A DNA stretch of 58,487 bases, filler included, from Sphacelaria rigidula (Eukaryota), in assembly GCA_964200075.2 (NCBI GenBank). It is 8 parts of 8 records of this genome, joined end to end, with 100 filler letters (N's around TTAATTAATTAA, not from the genome) between each part and the next. Parts side by side here need not be neighbours in the genome. Positions count along the whole stretch, not along the records: positions 1 to 7,224 come from CAXNAA020015887.1; positions 7,325 to 14,548 come from CAXNAA020015888.1; 6 more parts are not named here. One strand, written 5' to 3'. Each line of letters starts with the position of its first letter. Within the stretch, counting starts at the first letter, position 1. The position numbers and the translations under genes were made by a program. Positions 1 through 12,864 of the stretch are shown here, in pieces. The notes under the pieces are model-generated. The model had not been told where the DNA came from. It saw only the letters and a list, made by a program, of their open reading frames with translations, and did no database searches.

Positions 1-30
1 CGGATGCGCTGGCTGTGTTTCGCGCGCAGG

Positions 31-64
<34 letters not shown>

Positions 65-2039
65 GAGTAGGCATGTGTCTGGGAGAGACGCTGTAAGGTT
101 TATTGTTTACAGACGTTCTGAGTCCCACATAAAGTACTCTCAATTTTTCAAACTGCAACCTTATTTTTGAAATCGGTATAAAAAATTACACTGCTCAACC
201 TCACACCACACGATGCATTCAGATTGGGGACCGCGGATCATTTGCCGGTTCCCCGCGATGTTGGCCTCCTCGATGGAACACTCAGTCAAGGCAACGTGAA
301 CGAACGTGAAAGCCCGTACCCCTCGAACCCATGCCTATTCCTTGTCATACTTGATACGACAACGTCCAGCGAAGCAGGAAAAATGAGTTTTTATCAAAGT
401 TGGTACTGTTTTTTCCGATGCCCGTCGTGTAGAGTTGAAGCCCTCGATAAGAATTTCACCGGAGGATATGCGATCACAATATTGTACGCCCGATGAAAAT
501 TTTCTCAGCGTACGTTGACTGAATAATCTGCCGTTCGGATTGAGAGCGTAGACAACCGGGGAGTCGTCCCTGTCTGAACAACTCGTAGGTCTTGATGGCG
601 GCCAGTTGTAGAAGTATATGATCAATGCGTTTTGACTTTGAACAATGTAGTATGGCCGCTGCGTTTTCTACCGCCCCCCTCTCCCTTCCCGCCCTCTCTC
701 TCTAATGTAACGATGGACAAACCTCCGTGGGTCTGTCGAGCCTTGAAGCGCGAGAACGAGTCTCGAAAACATGTTTGCTATGTCCACACCTTAGTTCAGA
801 ACGCCAGTGCTCCAGTTCTTACCTCCGTGTGCGCAAAATACCCACGACAGGTATCCGCTCTCATGAGGAAGTTGACTCCTCTCAGCTACTCGGCGTCAGC
901 TCCAGCCATAGGCCGAGATGAGATTTCGCAGCAGTCGGATGCTGCGAAGGAATTGGCGGAGCCATCATTACGCCCCGGCAGTAGTGGTCGCCTTGTTTTG
1001 ACGGACAGCTTGTCTCAGGGGACCGCAAATAGAAGAAGGTAAGAGGATACGTACCCCAGCGTTGCAACTCCTCTATGCAAGGCTCTGCAGGGATTGTTCG
1101 TGACCCCGAAATGACTCGTTGCATCTTGTCGCGCTGATCGAGGTGATGCCCACGCATCGATGTGTATACACAGATGACAACGTTCTTGTGAAATCCAGAC
1201 TACGTCAATTTTTCAGACTGTGCGGCTTTTTTCTAGATTCAACGGTTGACCCGAGTGACTGGCAGTACAACCCATGCACCACAAACATAAGTGGCAGCCC
1301 TCTCTGGCGGAGAAAAATGTCGGGTTTACTTTGTCAGTCCGACAAGATCCGGCGCAGTTAGAGCAGACTCTTTAAAATCGATAAATTGACCGGAACCGTG
1401 CTTTTGATTACATGCACATTGTGAAGATTTCATGGAACCCCACAGCTTACACGGATGTCATCGGACGGAAATAACTGACGCGATACACTGTTCCCGTGAG
1501 CAACGTCTCCAACCTTTGTTCAGGGTGTGTTGGCTGAAGAGCCCATCCATCGTTCAGGTCAAAACTGCACGAGACTAAGATGTGTCACCCAGCATCTGAA
1601 AAAAAGGCCGATCTGGTTCCATCAAGAATATTATTAAATATAAGGTTTCGACTACAACGGTTTCGATGAGCTTTGGTTGGAGTCTAGAGTCTTTGCCACG
1701 TTGAGTTCGGAATGCGCTCTGCTGGCATCGTGCGGTGGTGTCTTCGAAGGGGCATCGTCTGGTGTGTTTCTGTGATACTATGAAGAGCAGGCGATGAGTA
1801 TTGACGACGAAAAAACAGCCGAAGCAGAAGATTGTTCGCTCTTTTTGTGGGGAGAAACATGAGCACCGAGATTCCCTGTCTCCGTGAGTTTTTTGGGCAT
1901 GAGCCTTCAAACGCAACGTGGTAACTAAGCTATCCCGCCAGCCCGACCGTGCCGTCTATTCTGCGTGCAGAGCATGTATCGAGACGGGTTTGAAGGTATG
2001 GGGAGTGCCGCCATTACAATGATAAATGGAGTATCCCTA

Positions 2040-3760
2040 GATGTACGTAAAGTGTTCCACGAATTCGTACTGTACTCGTGATAACAGAGTCAAAACAACA
2101 ACCGCTAAACAGGCTACACGCATTTGCCCATCCTTATTCCAGGACGGAAATTTCCTAATCGGTTTCCAAACCCAATTGCATTGGAAAATCTTCAAAGTGA
2201 CGAGCAACTCTGTGGTTCGACATTTCAGTCTTGGGACCGCGATGGTGGGTCCTCCATCACTGCAGACACGTCCACATAATAGGACGGGTTTTTTCAAAGG
2301 ACATCAACTTTTCACACAATGGTAGAGCGTTCACTTGATTCCCGAGGGTGGCATACGGCTAGGACACCACTATGCAATGCGGCCCAACTGAAGTAATAAA
2401 AGCGTGTAGAGACTCCCACGTCGCCGCTGCCAATAGAGCCAACTAGCTCTCTTCGGTATACGCCTTCGGTACCATTGTGCCGTTACTGTTGTGTTGTACC
2501 GTGTTGTACCGTACTGTCTAAGCACGTGTTGGGAATTATGTAAGGCATCAAGATGAAGGGACACAGAGGATCGGTGCGTACAGCAGTGGTCAACTAGAGC
2601 TTTTTCATACTCCCCTCCTTCATGGTTTCATTTACGGAAATCAGATACTTCGTAGATAGAAACGCACGCTTAACGCATCTGGCTGGGGTGAAACCCCCGT
2701 TATTGCCCCGACCAAGTGATGTAAGTGGTACCATGAAACTATGGTGGCTCGTCAGCTTGTTCATGAGATATGATATGATGGGGTGAAGCTTGGAATCAGG
2801 GGAACTCACCTGCTGTCTCCAGTAATGCTGAGATATTAGACGGCTGACCACATTTCAACACCAAATGCTGCTGTTCGAATCATAGGTTTGGATTTGTGAT
2901 GCTCTTGTCTACGTTGTACATGATGAGCCATCGCTCGTTAAAGAACTTCCAAAATTCATCAAGTTCCAGGAATGTTCCGCAATAATACGGCCGAATGTTT
3001 TGAGAGGGCTGCGGATATGCCAAACCTGCCATATACACGAACAGCAGCTCAACCCGATGGCGGAGCAGTGTTTGCATCGAGAACATCTTGTACGCGGGCG
3101 GCTTTTCCCACGTCATCAATTTGCACTGTTGTCGATGCCATGGGTCTCAATATTGAGGTAACAAAAGCTTTTTGATTTGTTCTAATACATGTTCTCAACA
3201 TTCAAAGGGAGAACGAGCAGCGCATAGCCGTCAGTCAGTCACCGACAACGTTGAAATTTGTAGCCTCTGCCAGACGATCTGGACAAAAGGACTTTCAACG
3301 AGGGCCTCCTCCAGTATTACTGGCCTCGTGCTCGACAAGTCGTTTCTTCTAACTTGCTATTATCTCGGAGTAATCCCCAAATAAATCACATGCCAGACAG
3401 CAAGGGATCACACAGAAAAGGGTCATCAATCTAGGATCCCCTGTCCCCTCCCACTGCTCCAATCATGCATGCAGTAATACTGAAAACCTACGGCTTCGTA
3501 TCATTTGGCTACAAATTCGATCAAGAGCTCGGTGTTTCTGCTTCCGACCCTTTGGCAACAATGGCCATCGAACCCCCTGAATTCCCGTTTGGGTGTGATT
3601 ATTAGCGGATATGTTAAATTGGATGATCGCGACGAGCGACGCTGAATCGATCGAGAATCGATTGCACGGAATTCCAGATAGACTTTTATTGGGATTAGGA
3701 TACACCATACAGAGTACGATACAAATGATGTCGTTCATTAAAAAAGCACCGCGCATCCTT
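2040..3760 (-). pseudogene. Highly decayed Ulp1/SENP (C48)-like protease coding remnant, probably cargo of a large DNA transposon
   Basis: Minus-strand fragments in the Ulp1 order: GAFLMNDIICIVLCMVYP (~3700-3750); GYALLVLPLNVENMY* (~3182-3228, resembles PLNxxxxHW with HW decayed to TAT TAG); WVWKPIRKFP..KDG..(CG)VACLAVVV (~2090-2185). Many stops and frameshifts. Confidence 0.4.
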
Positions 3761-5071
3761 CCCGTCGGGGAGAAGGGAGTGCTTACGAGCGCTCAGTGGT
3801 AACAATCCTGCAAGATGACCTCTGTAAAATGATGGCATCATTTGTATCATGCACTGAATACCGTATCCTGATGGCGTTCTCCCGTCTAACATATCGCTCG
3901 CTCTTTGCTCGCTCGTCTTTGCGTCGATCGTCGCAATCACCCCAATGCCATGACAAATGACCACATAGGAGTATACGGGGGAAATGCGTTTCACCTGATA
4001 CCACGAACCGTGCGTTATCCGCCTTGACGCACGATTAGGGTCCCATTGTTACTACCCCAGAGCTTGTTTTGGACGAGTCTCTTTAACGGTCCCAACCCAA
4101 ACCCTTGCAGGACATACGTCAGCCCATCAATAGACCACGGACACCAAAGAAGCAGCGCTCGCTCAATTCAGAAAAAGATCGCTCATACACGACGACTGAT
4201 GAGTGCAACCAGTAGCTGTCACTGATCACCACACCTCACACGTACCCCTGCTACTAGGCAGTAGGTGGAAACATTTTGCGTAGTAGGTAAGAAGCCTTTT
4301 GCGGCTCAAGAAACAGTAGCAGCGGTAGCTGCAGAGCATGTTCACGGGTTCTATCCGAACCGTGCAGGATATGTCTGTCTACAGAATAACACTTGCAGTA
4401 CTCTTGTACGGTACAGAAATCGTACATATACATGCACGAGAGGTTTGTATTACTTTTCCTCGAGAATTGCTGAGGGGCAGCGTTGGAGGTTCTGGACCCG
4501 AGGCAGAATGCTACGGTAGCGTGTTCAAACGCTTGCCAACTCTTGCTAGCCAGATGCGCAGCAGCTGGCGCAGGTTCTGGTTGACGAAGACTACATGCGC
4601 CATCTATGCTCCGTCTGGTGCAGGCTCCAGCTTGATTGACAGCATGTATATTTCAGCGTCGCGGAGATGAAATGTCATTACCCCGCTACTTTCAGCCACT
4701 TGCAAAGCAAACAAACAGAATATCGTATATCCCGATGAATAATCCAGACGCGAAAATTTACTACTGGTACTATTGTAGTGCGAAGATGTTGGGTGTAGAT
4801 GACCAACCCATAGTCGAGTTGATGCTTCAAGTCTTGACGCATGTCACGCTGTTCCAGTGTAAGACCCCCGTTGTGCTCCAGGATTCCCGCTGGTGGAGGT
4901 GCCTACCCGATGACCCTAGATGTGCGCACCGTGCGGGGACGAGGCTCATAGCCTATCGCCGCATATGGTGATGCAGCTAGATGCATCATTGCAAAGACTG
5001 GCGCTGGTCGCAATTAAGCCATCACGTTGATATCGTACAGGACCCCTCCCAGGATCGTGCTCTAAATACTT

Positions 5072-5729
5072 CAAGGGCACGTCGAGTAGAGTGTACTCAA
5101 TACTCAGTAGTTTCGAAGAGTCGTACTCTAAGTACTCAAATTTTGAGTAGAGTATTTGAGGTCGTATTCAATCTACTCAAATTTTCAAGTAGAGTATTTG
5201 AGATCATACTCAATATACCCAAAAATTGAGTAGAGTATTGAGGTCATACTCAAGTGGTACTCTATACTCAAGTATTACTGAGAGTGCCTACTCAAAATTC
5301 GAGAAGAGTCTTTGAGGCTATGCTCAACCTACTCAGAAGTTGAGTAGAGTGTTTGAGGCTATGCCCAACCTACTCAGAATTTGAGTAGAGTGTTTGAGGC
5401 TATGCTCAACCTACTCAGAATTCGAGTGGAGTGTTTGAGGCCGTACTCGACCTACTCAAATTTTGAGTAGAGTATTGAGGTCATACCCAAGTGATACTCT
5501 ACACTCAAGTATTTCTGAGGGTGCTTCCTCAATATTTGAGTAGAGTATTGAAGGTCGTACTCGATCTACTCACAATTTGAGAGGAATATTTGAGGCCGTA
5601 CTCGACCTACTCACACTTTGAAAGAGTATTTTGAGGCCGTACTCGACCTACTCAAACTTTGAATAGAGTGGATACTTGATAATTTTACTCGGGTACTCAA
5701 AGATACATACTCTACTCGACCTGCCCTTG
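5072..5729. mobile_element. Non-autonomous hAT-like TIR element filled with a 41-bp tandem array
   Basis: TIRs CAAGGGCACGTCGAGTAGAGT / ACTCTACTCGACCTGCCCTTG; 8-bp TSD AAATACTT (5064-5071) / GAATACTT (5730-5737); about 14 internal copies of TGAGTAGAGTRTTTGAGGYYRTACTCRACCTACTCAAA at 41-bp period. Confidence 0.85.
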
Positions 5730-7224
5730 GAATACTTACATATTTCTAGAGAAGTTCCCTAATATAAAACATCCAGGTTCAACCAGTAGTTGTAGTGGAT
5801 ATACTGTATGAAGCCAAATGGAACACCTACCCTGTGCTATGTTTCCTCGCATCGCCTAGATACGTCATGTGTGATTGACTACCATAGCACAAACTGCCAG
5901 GTATATAATAATCTACATATGCTACATACCATCGACTGACATAGTCCCGGAAGTTGTAAAGGACATACTTTTTGCACTTGCTGTTGCACTTGGTTGAAAA
6001 AGAGAAAAGTGAAACGATGGAAACAGGGAAGTTTGAGCCGACTAGAATCTCTATTTAGCATATTGCGCTACCGTCGTCGCGGAGAGTCGAACAGCAACTG
6101 GATTGGATCATGTTAGAGCAAATGCGCAATGAGGTATACTGTGCCACTAAAAGATGAAAATGAGTGAGGCGACAAAAAAGGTAGAGGTGGGTACAGGCGG
6201 GAAAAATGTCCTTTAAACCGTGTCTTATTTCCATTTGCCTATTCGGTCAACGCCCCCCGCTGCCTCTCTTCCCTTCGCCCCCCTTTCCTCCGCACAGTTC
6301 AAGCAGCCTCACCATGTTGGAGTCACGGAGTGCACCGGTGCTCCACACCTAGAAGAGACATCGCGACTGCAACTAACGTTGCCTGGGAGAGGGTAGGGGG
6401 GGAGGGGGGTATTATTACGCAGTAGGGAGTTCATTTAGGTTGTAAATGCTCTTGGCTTTTTCCGCATCTGACGAGGCGTGCTGAGCCCGGCTTCAGTTTT
6501 TTACCGGCCATATAACTCCTTCTCCAATAGCGCGGACGTTTTCCAAACAACAAGTGTCCTTACGTAGTGGGTGCGGAGATTTGGGAGGGGTAGGAGAACG
6601 GGGGGGATTTCAAAGCATACCTTGCACGAAGGAGCCGCTTTGGATCATCGTTGCGAGCATCACTGCGAGCAGCAGATTTAATGTGAATGCTCTCGGTACC
6701 AATACAACACACCCATTCGCACCTTTTGATGTCGTTTCCACTCATATCCAAGCGCACAACGAGTGCGTGAAGTCGTGTCACACACATATCGACCCTTTGA
6801 CCCGTACAACGAAGCCCCCCCCCCTCCCGCGTCGGTATCGTAGAAACATCGTGGGGTCGACGGAGAGTGCATGTATCCTATTATTAAAATTGATGTAATT
6901 CGCTTAGAGTGAAAGTGGTAGACCTACAATCAAATAGCAGTGAACCTTCAAGTATTATTGAGGCGATTTGATGGTGTACCATGGATCATCTGCCCGCTAT
7001 ACAGCTGTCGCGTATCTGCGTTGAAGCCGTCTTCTTTCGTGATGAACGCATATAATGCAATGTACATACTTTAATTTGTATATATTATATCGTCTTAATT
7101 TCTGTTCAACGCTCTTCGTCGAAATGAAGATATGGATGCGCGCGCGGGGGGGGGGGGGGTTGACCTAAACAACTTTGTCAACGAGAAGACACACCTTGTC
7201 CGGGAGATAAGCTTGTGCCATTTC

Positions 7225-7324
7225 NNNNNNNNNNNNNNNNNNNNNNNNNNNNNNNNNNNNNNNNNNNNTTAATTAATTAANNNNNNNNNNNNNNNNNNNN
7301 NNNNNNNNNNNNNNNNNNNNNNNN
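7225..7324. other. Artificial 100-bp spacer (44N-TTAATTAATTAA-44N); identical spacers at 14549-14648, 21873-21972, 29196-29295, 36519-36618, 43842-43941, 51165-51264
   Basis: Identical six-frame-stop linker recurring at an exact 7323/7324-bp period; it splits the window into 8 independent segments. Confidence 0.98.
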
Positions 7325-8344
7325 GGTCCGCGTTTGATACCTACTACCTCACGCCAGTCTCTCACCCACCGACGACCTGGGAAGCCATAAGCTCGACGCT
7401 ATCGGTGCAGGCGCGATGTGCAGTGCACACGGCGGAGTGCGAAACTGTTGGATACGGCTTCACATTGTGAACAACTTCTTCGTTGAAGCCTTTCATGTGT
7501 TCACCAAGGGTTCTGCATGCACAACAATCGTTTGGGTTGTACTGCAGGTGCGACATGTGCGTCTGCAATCTACCTTCAACTCTTCGGGGCACTTGGACAC
7601 AGAAACTACCAAGCGCTGCAGTACAGCAGTGTTCATTGATACATGTAAAATCACGTTCGTGTTGCTTCTTCTGTTTCCTTGCTCACGGCTCCTGTTGTCC
7701 GTGCCATCGTTTCGAACCGTCGCTTGGTGCATAGCTCTGACTGGTGAGCGAGAAAAACAGCGGATTTTGAACTTTTCTGTGGGTACTCCGATCCCGTCAT
7801 GAGACTCTCGAGGTTTGCTCTTTTTCTCGCGTCTTATCCTCCAGTGATGATGCTTCTCTGCATGGTCAGCCTCCGGCATATTGTTGTTACCTTGCTCTCG
7901 ATGACTGGACCAAAAACGGACAATTTGTCTCCGTGAGCGACCAAAACGCTTGACTCTTCGATGGCTGAACTTCTCTTCATTTGCTTCCTGAATAGTGGAT
8001 GCCGACTTCACCGCTGGTCATTTTTGCGCCTAAATTTGTTGAATAATTCTCAATGAAAACCGAGACATGGGCGCGCGTTACTGATTAGAGGCCACCATGG
8101 TACAGGACCATGTACATTTGCCGTAGGTCCGTTTTCACACCTGTAGCGCAAAGCACAGGTTACAACATCATTCTATAATCAGGCACTACAGTATGCGAAT
8201 AGCAATCGTCACTTTTTCGGCTGGAACAAATGCATGCGTCACACATACTTTGAGAGATGATGGGCGTCGCATGTCCAACCTTCCCATCTGACCTCAGACA
8301 CGAGTCGTGGGCAATACTTGGGGTTCACACGACGACGGCCGAAA

Positions 8345-8749
8345 CTACGGGTGACCCGTCTGACACGTCGGACATACTCGCAGCTCCAGAAGCCACAGCG
8401 GTTCTATTTCACGGGGGGTTACCTGGTATCTCGGCGTGTTTCCCAGCGCCCGATAGGCGTCGGTCTGCCTGACGACCTGCGCCTTTCCCACCAACGCCGT
8501 CATTTTGTCTAGGTTCATTGCCGCGTCTAGGACACAGGACATCATCCATGACGAGAAGAAACAGTTACCATCACCCCTCAGACGGACGAGGAGTTGCCCG
8601 AACCATGGCTCCACCCGCTCAACACCCGGGTAACTGCCACTGAACAGCCTCTCCACGTCCTGAAGAAGCGTCTGCGAAATGCATGGCGTACGGTTGTCGT
8701 CGCGGGTCGGTGCAAAGAGTCGGCGGTCGAGATCCGCCAACATGAGCAA
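8345..8749 (-). pseudogene. OTU/otubain-like cysteine protease fragment
   Basis: LVRLRGDGNCFFSS matches the OTU catalytic R-x-R-G-D-G-N-C-F motif; surrounding frames are broken. Confidence 0.55.
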
Positions 8750-9171
8750 GTAGCTTCTAACGCAACCAGACTTCGCAGTGTAGGCGAATGTCTTCGATGG
8801 CCAGACTCAGTGGCCTATATAACAACTCAAAAACGCCACCAGAGGGCCATTGTCACACTGCCTGCCCTCCATCAGCGTAGGTACCGTGGACACTACTGCT
8901 GTCACCGCCCCAAAGCAAGCATCTTCGTCACCCCGGGGCACCACCCTGCCGGAACGCCAGGTTTTTCAAGCTATACATGGATGCTAGAGGCATCGGTACT
9001 GGAACGAGCGTGTCATTCCACGGGCCTGATCATCTTGTAACCCACCTGGATCCCCGTCGATCAGTTCTTGGACGACTGATATTTTCGAGAGCTGCTGTAC
9101 TTGGCGTGTTAGGCAGGGGTTTTCCGCTATGGCGCATGTTTTCAGGCCCACATTTTCTGCCCTACAGGTGA

Positions 9172-11260
9172 CTAGGTTACGTACGCCACGACAGGAAATA
9201 TCCCCCGTCTCGAGGCAACAGATGGCTTGGCATACTGTCGCCACTTTCGAACAAAACGAGGTATCAAGTAGGCAGACAAGACGCAAGACAAATCAAATTC
9301 ATTGAAACAAGTCACGCACGAAACAAGAGCAAGATATAGCAAGATATATTGTACCAACCACGAAATGGACAGTAAAAACCAACGCATCCAAAGCAACATG
9401 CGGCCCATCGACAGCGTCTCGCGTGTTGCAGATCAGCACCACGCAATACGTTGTAAGGCGCAATGTCTCGTACCTTTACCCCTGGCCCATCTCGATCCAG
9501 TCCTGCCCCACGTGTCACGTCGTTGCTCAAGCCCTGTGGCCCACTCCCCGACCCTCTCGCAGAACCGCGGCACAGTCCTCTGCCTGCTCCTCCCGATCCA
9601 CCGCGTGGTGATCTGTCTTTGGCGGGGTCGCCGACACCTCTCTTGGAGACCTGGAATGTACAGAGCATCGGTCAGTCAAGATGTACTGCTGTACACTTTG
9701 CACGTTCTTGATATGATCGTGTCGTGTCGTGTAGCACGAGGCTTTCGAGGCGTGTGCGCATACCCTGGACGCTGTACTGTCTCGGCGCACACAACAGTAG
9801 GTCGAGTCGAAATAGCGAACGAAGGCTTGCTTGCTCCATGCTCGAAATGTACTACTGTATGGTGTGGCACATTCCACCCGACGGGTTTCGTCGGCAGTGT
9901 GGGCGGAAGTCTCGCTGCAGGGTCTTATTGTACCGTCAACGAAGGTGCGACAGCTGGTAGTGGTCCGCGTAGTACCGGGTGCATACAGGGTGGAGACAAA
10001 GGCGGAAGATGAGCCTCGGGGCTAAAGGGTCTATCAACGGGGCGATGTTTTCAGACTGTGCTCACCGTCCCCGAAAAAAAGGGACATTATTTCCGATTCC
10101 CCCACCCCCCAAAACAGGTCAATGGTCAAATGACTAAGGCAAGCAACAAATGAGTACTCCCCCCCCCCCCACCCAAAACAAACAAATTGCTGATGAACAC
10201 ACAAGTTCCGACGCTAGACTTCCGAGCACATCCGTAGGCAGTCCTAAATTGATCTATTGCCTGACCTGCTTGAGCAACATGCCCTCATACTCTTCGGAGA
10301 AAGCTCTCTTCTCCCCACGAAGTCGGAGATTTCGGGAAACAAAAAGTAGACCCGTTGATACTACCTCAAAGTTTGGGGAGCCGGGATGCCGAGAGCAAAC
10401 AGGGTTTCTTCAAAGGCTGAGCACGTCTATCGGAAAATACAGATTGAGCAAGTACCCAGTTGCTACCAGCAAGCCAGGGTGTATCGGTCGCGTCGTTCCA
10501 GTAGTTGAGGCATGAGCTCTCATCCGACTTTGAGCCCCTGTGAACCGATTCGAGTACCCAAAAGACCGGGAGTAATAACGATACTAGGGCAGCACGCGTG
10601 TTGTTAACCTTCTGTGACCGTGACCTCCGGAGGCCTCCACCATCACTTCGCCCAGTGGTGGCCGCACTACCCCATCCGAAGCCGTCACCACCCGCAGCCC
10701 CGCCTGCACGCTTCCCAGTCTTGGCCGTACTGCTGGCGATGGACGAGGCCTGTGAAAGTGGAGGGTTGTGCAGTTGCCATGTGCACATTGGAATATTCAG
10801 ATGTATTGGGATCACCTGTAATCCACCCTGAGTACTCATGTCTCCGCCCATCCATCACCCCCAATATCGTGGGCGGGCTGGTTTTACACCTGTGATCACC
10901 GACTACTACACCAGAAAAATCAAGGATTCCAGGTCAAGGACTTGAGCAATATTCCGGAATCCGGCATAATACATGACGCCATACCGATACGAAATTAAAG
11001 ATCGGAAAAGGGATTCCGATTGCGGGGCATCACACAACTCCTTGACCGCAAATGTTTTCCTCTTTTGAGAGCTCCTGACTAAAGCTTTGAAAACAAGCCC
11101 ACCCATGACGTCGGGGATGATGTATGACACAAGATCCAAGTTTCAAAATGGTCCCCCAGGCTGGAATAAGTATTAGCTCTTCGCCACTCAACCCAACAAG
11201 GACGAATGTACACGGTTTTCCACATGGCAAGTGATGATGATAACTGGAACCTCGACACAC
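9172..11260 (-). pseudogene. Decayed Ulp1-like protease fragments (possibly two copies)
   Basis: (W)LSGEEL/NTYSSL across a frameshift (~11150-11200), then VLDLESLIFLV, then VIPIHLNIP..W after an AG acceptor (~10815); second set SWLVQYILLYLALV..VCLLDTSFCSKV..RGVRNLV (9180-9365). Confidence 0.3.
10117..10157 (+). repeat. 3' fragment of the (C)n-associated dispersed repeat
   Basis: GGTCAATGGTCAAATGACTAAGGCAAGCAACAAATGAGTAC, identical to 21650-21690, lying between C-tracts. Confidence 0.8.
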
Positions 11261-12864
11261 GTGCGCGCGACGACTTCACACACAATTTCCCTCCGTCATG
11301 GTTCGGTTTTGAGAATGAGGAGGGGAAGCGTTGGCGCGCTTCTGCCGATTTTGGTGGTGTAACTTTGATAATATTCCGTCGAAATCCGGGTACATAAGTC
11401 ACACACCCATTCCTTACCCCGCGTTTCGGGAGCCCTCCTCCCGCTATTGTTGCAGAGGTGTTCATTGTGCCCATGTTACGATTTTGTTGTTCCACTTTTC
11501 GCTTCCGGATTGAGCATTATCCAAATTTTAGGAACACGAATAGAAACATAACACAGCCATGTTCCCAGATTGGGCGAAGGGGGGGGGGGGGATTCCCAGG
11601 AGACGGACGTTATGATCGAACACATGTTGTATGGGGGGATAGCAGGTGATTCCGTCATGCGCACATGACGCATTCGTAAAGTATGCACACGACACATTTT
11701 TCCAAACGCTATCGTATTCGGCGCAGCAAACCAGGCTTCGGCGATCAATGCTTAAAACCACCAAAGCAGGGAAACGCAGTAGGGGCCTTGGGCTGTGGCT
11801 TAATAACATCGGGTCCGTGCAAGTGCCGACTTTACAGGCGAGCGCCCGATGGGCACGTCGTTTTCACCCGGCAAATCACGCACGCTTAATCCTTGAGCAT
11901 GCAGGCAGTCGTAGACGCTGGGGGAGTGATTACGCGTCGGTGTGACTGAGCGGGAATGGGGAGCATTCGAGAGCGAACGCAAGCAGAAAACAAAAACTCA
12001 TACCAGCGTTACGAATACAGGCTCCGGGCGGTACGAGTACGAGCGTGCATCTACAAACGTTGGTGTGTGTTTGGAGAAACACACGTGCCACGTGAGCGTG
12101 GACTTCTGGTGAACAGTACAAGCACGGTGATGCAAAGATCGGCATCGGTATTTACGCCGAACGCTGTTCTCAGGGAGCCGTATGGCGTTGGAAGAACAGG
12201 CGGAGGACAGCGTTTGTGCCGGTGACTGCACCTAGCGGGTACCCTGGTGTTGGCAGAGCACGAGCTACGTTGGATTGCGGAGTGACCAACTGCGTTTATT
12301 ACGGCGAGAACCCCTCTTTCCCAGTGTGGATACACAACCAGCCCAGCTGCCCATGATTCTCCAAAGCAGACTTCATATTTACAGCGCTCACCTGGTGGGT
12401 CACGCTGGTGGTGGCATCACCTCGGCCTCCAGAGATTGATATCCCCAGGAGACAGTCAGCATTCCTCCACGTCACTCTCTTGTGGCGGGGTTTACCACCA
12501 GCCTGCGCGGTACCATTAGATCACAGACGGAGGTGGGGTCGAAGCGTGTGACTTACTGCCGCTGTGGCGTCCAGCGCCTGTTGGTGATACAATCCAGCCG
12601 ATGGACTTCTCTGAGTCGGTGAGAGCACTCGCCAAGTTTCGTGGATCACCACTGCAATCTCTGGTTTTACTCATCGCGCAGCCGCCCGATGGGAGCCACA
12701 TGGTTCTAGTGTCGAAGGAAGAAAGGAAAACGGCGACAAATACACAGAGTCACCTACACGAGTTAGATCCGCTCGCAGCACAGCAGAACGTCTCGAACCA
12801 AGATATTGACTGTATTGCAGTCCAATCTCGCGATATGACTTCCGCTTAGTCCAACGAGGAAACG

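Noticed and set aside
5100-5700. CRISPR-like array
   Set aside because: Contiguous degenerate 41-bp units with no unique spacers; enclosed by TIR/TSD; eukaryotic context; no cas genes
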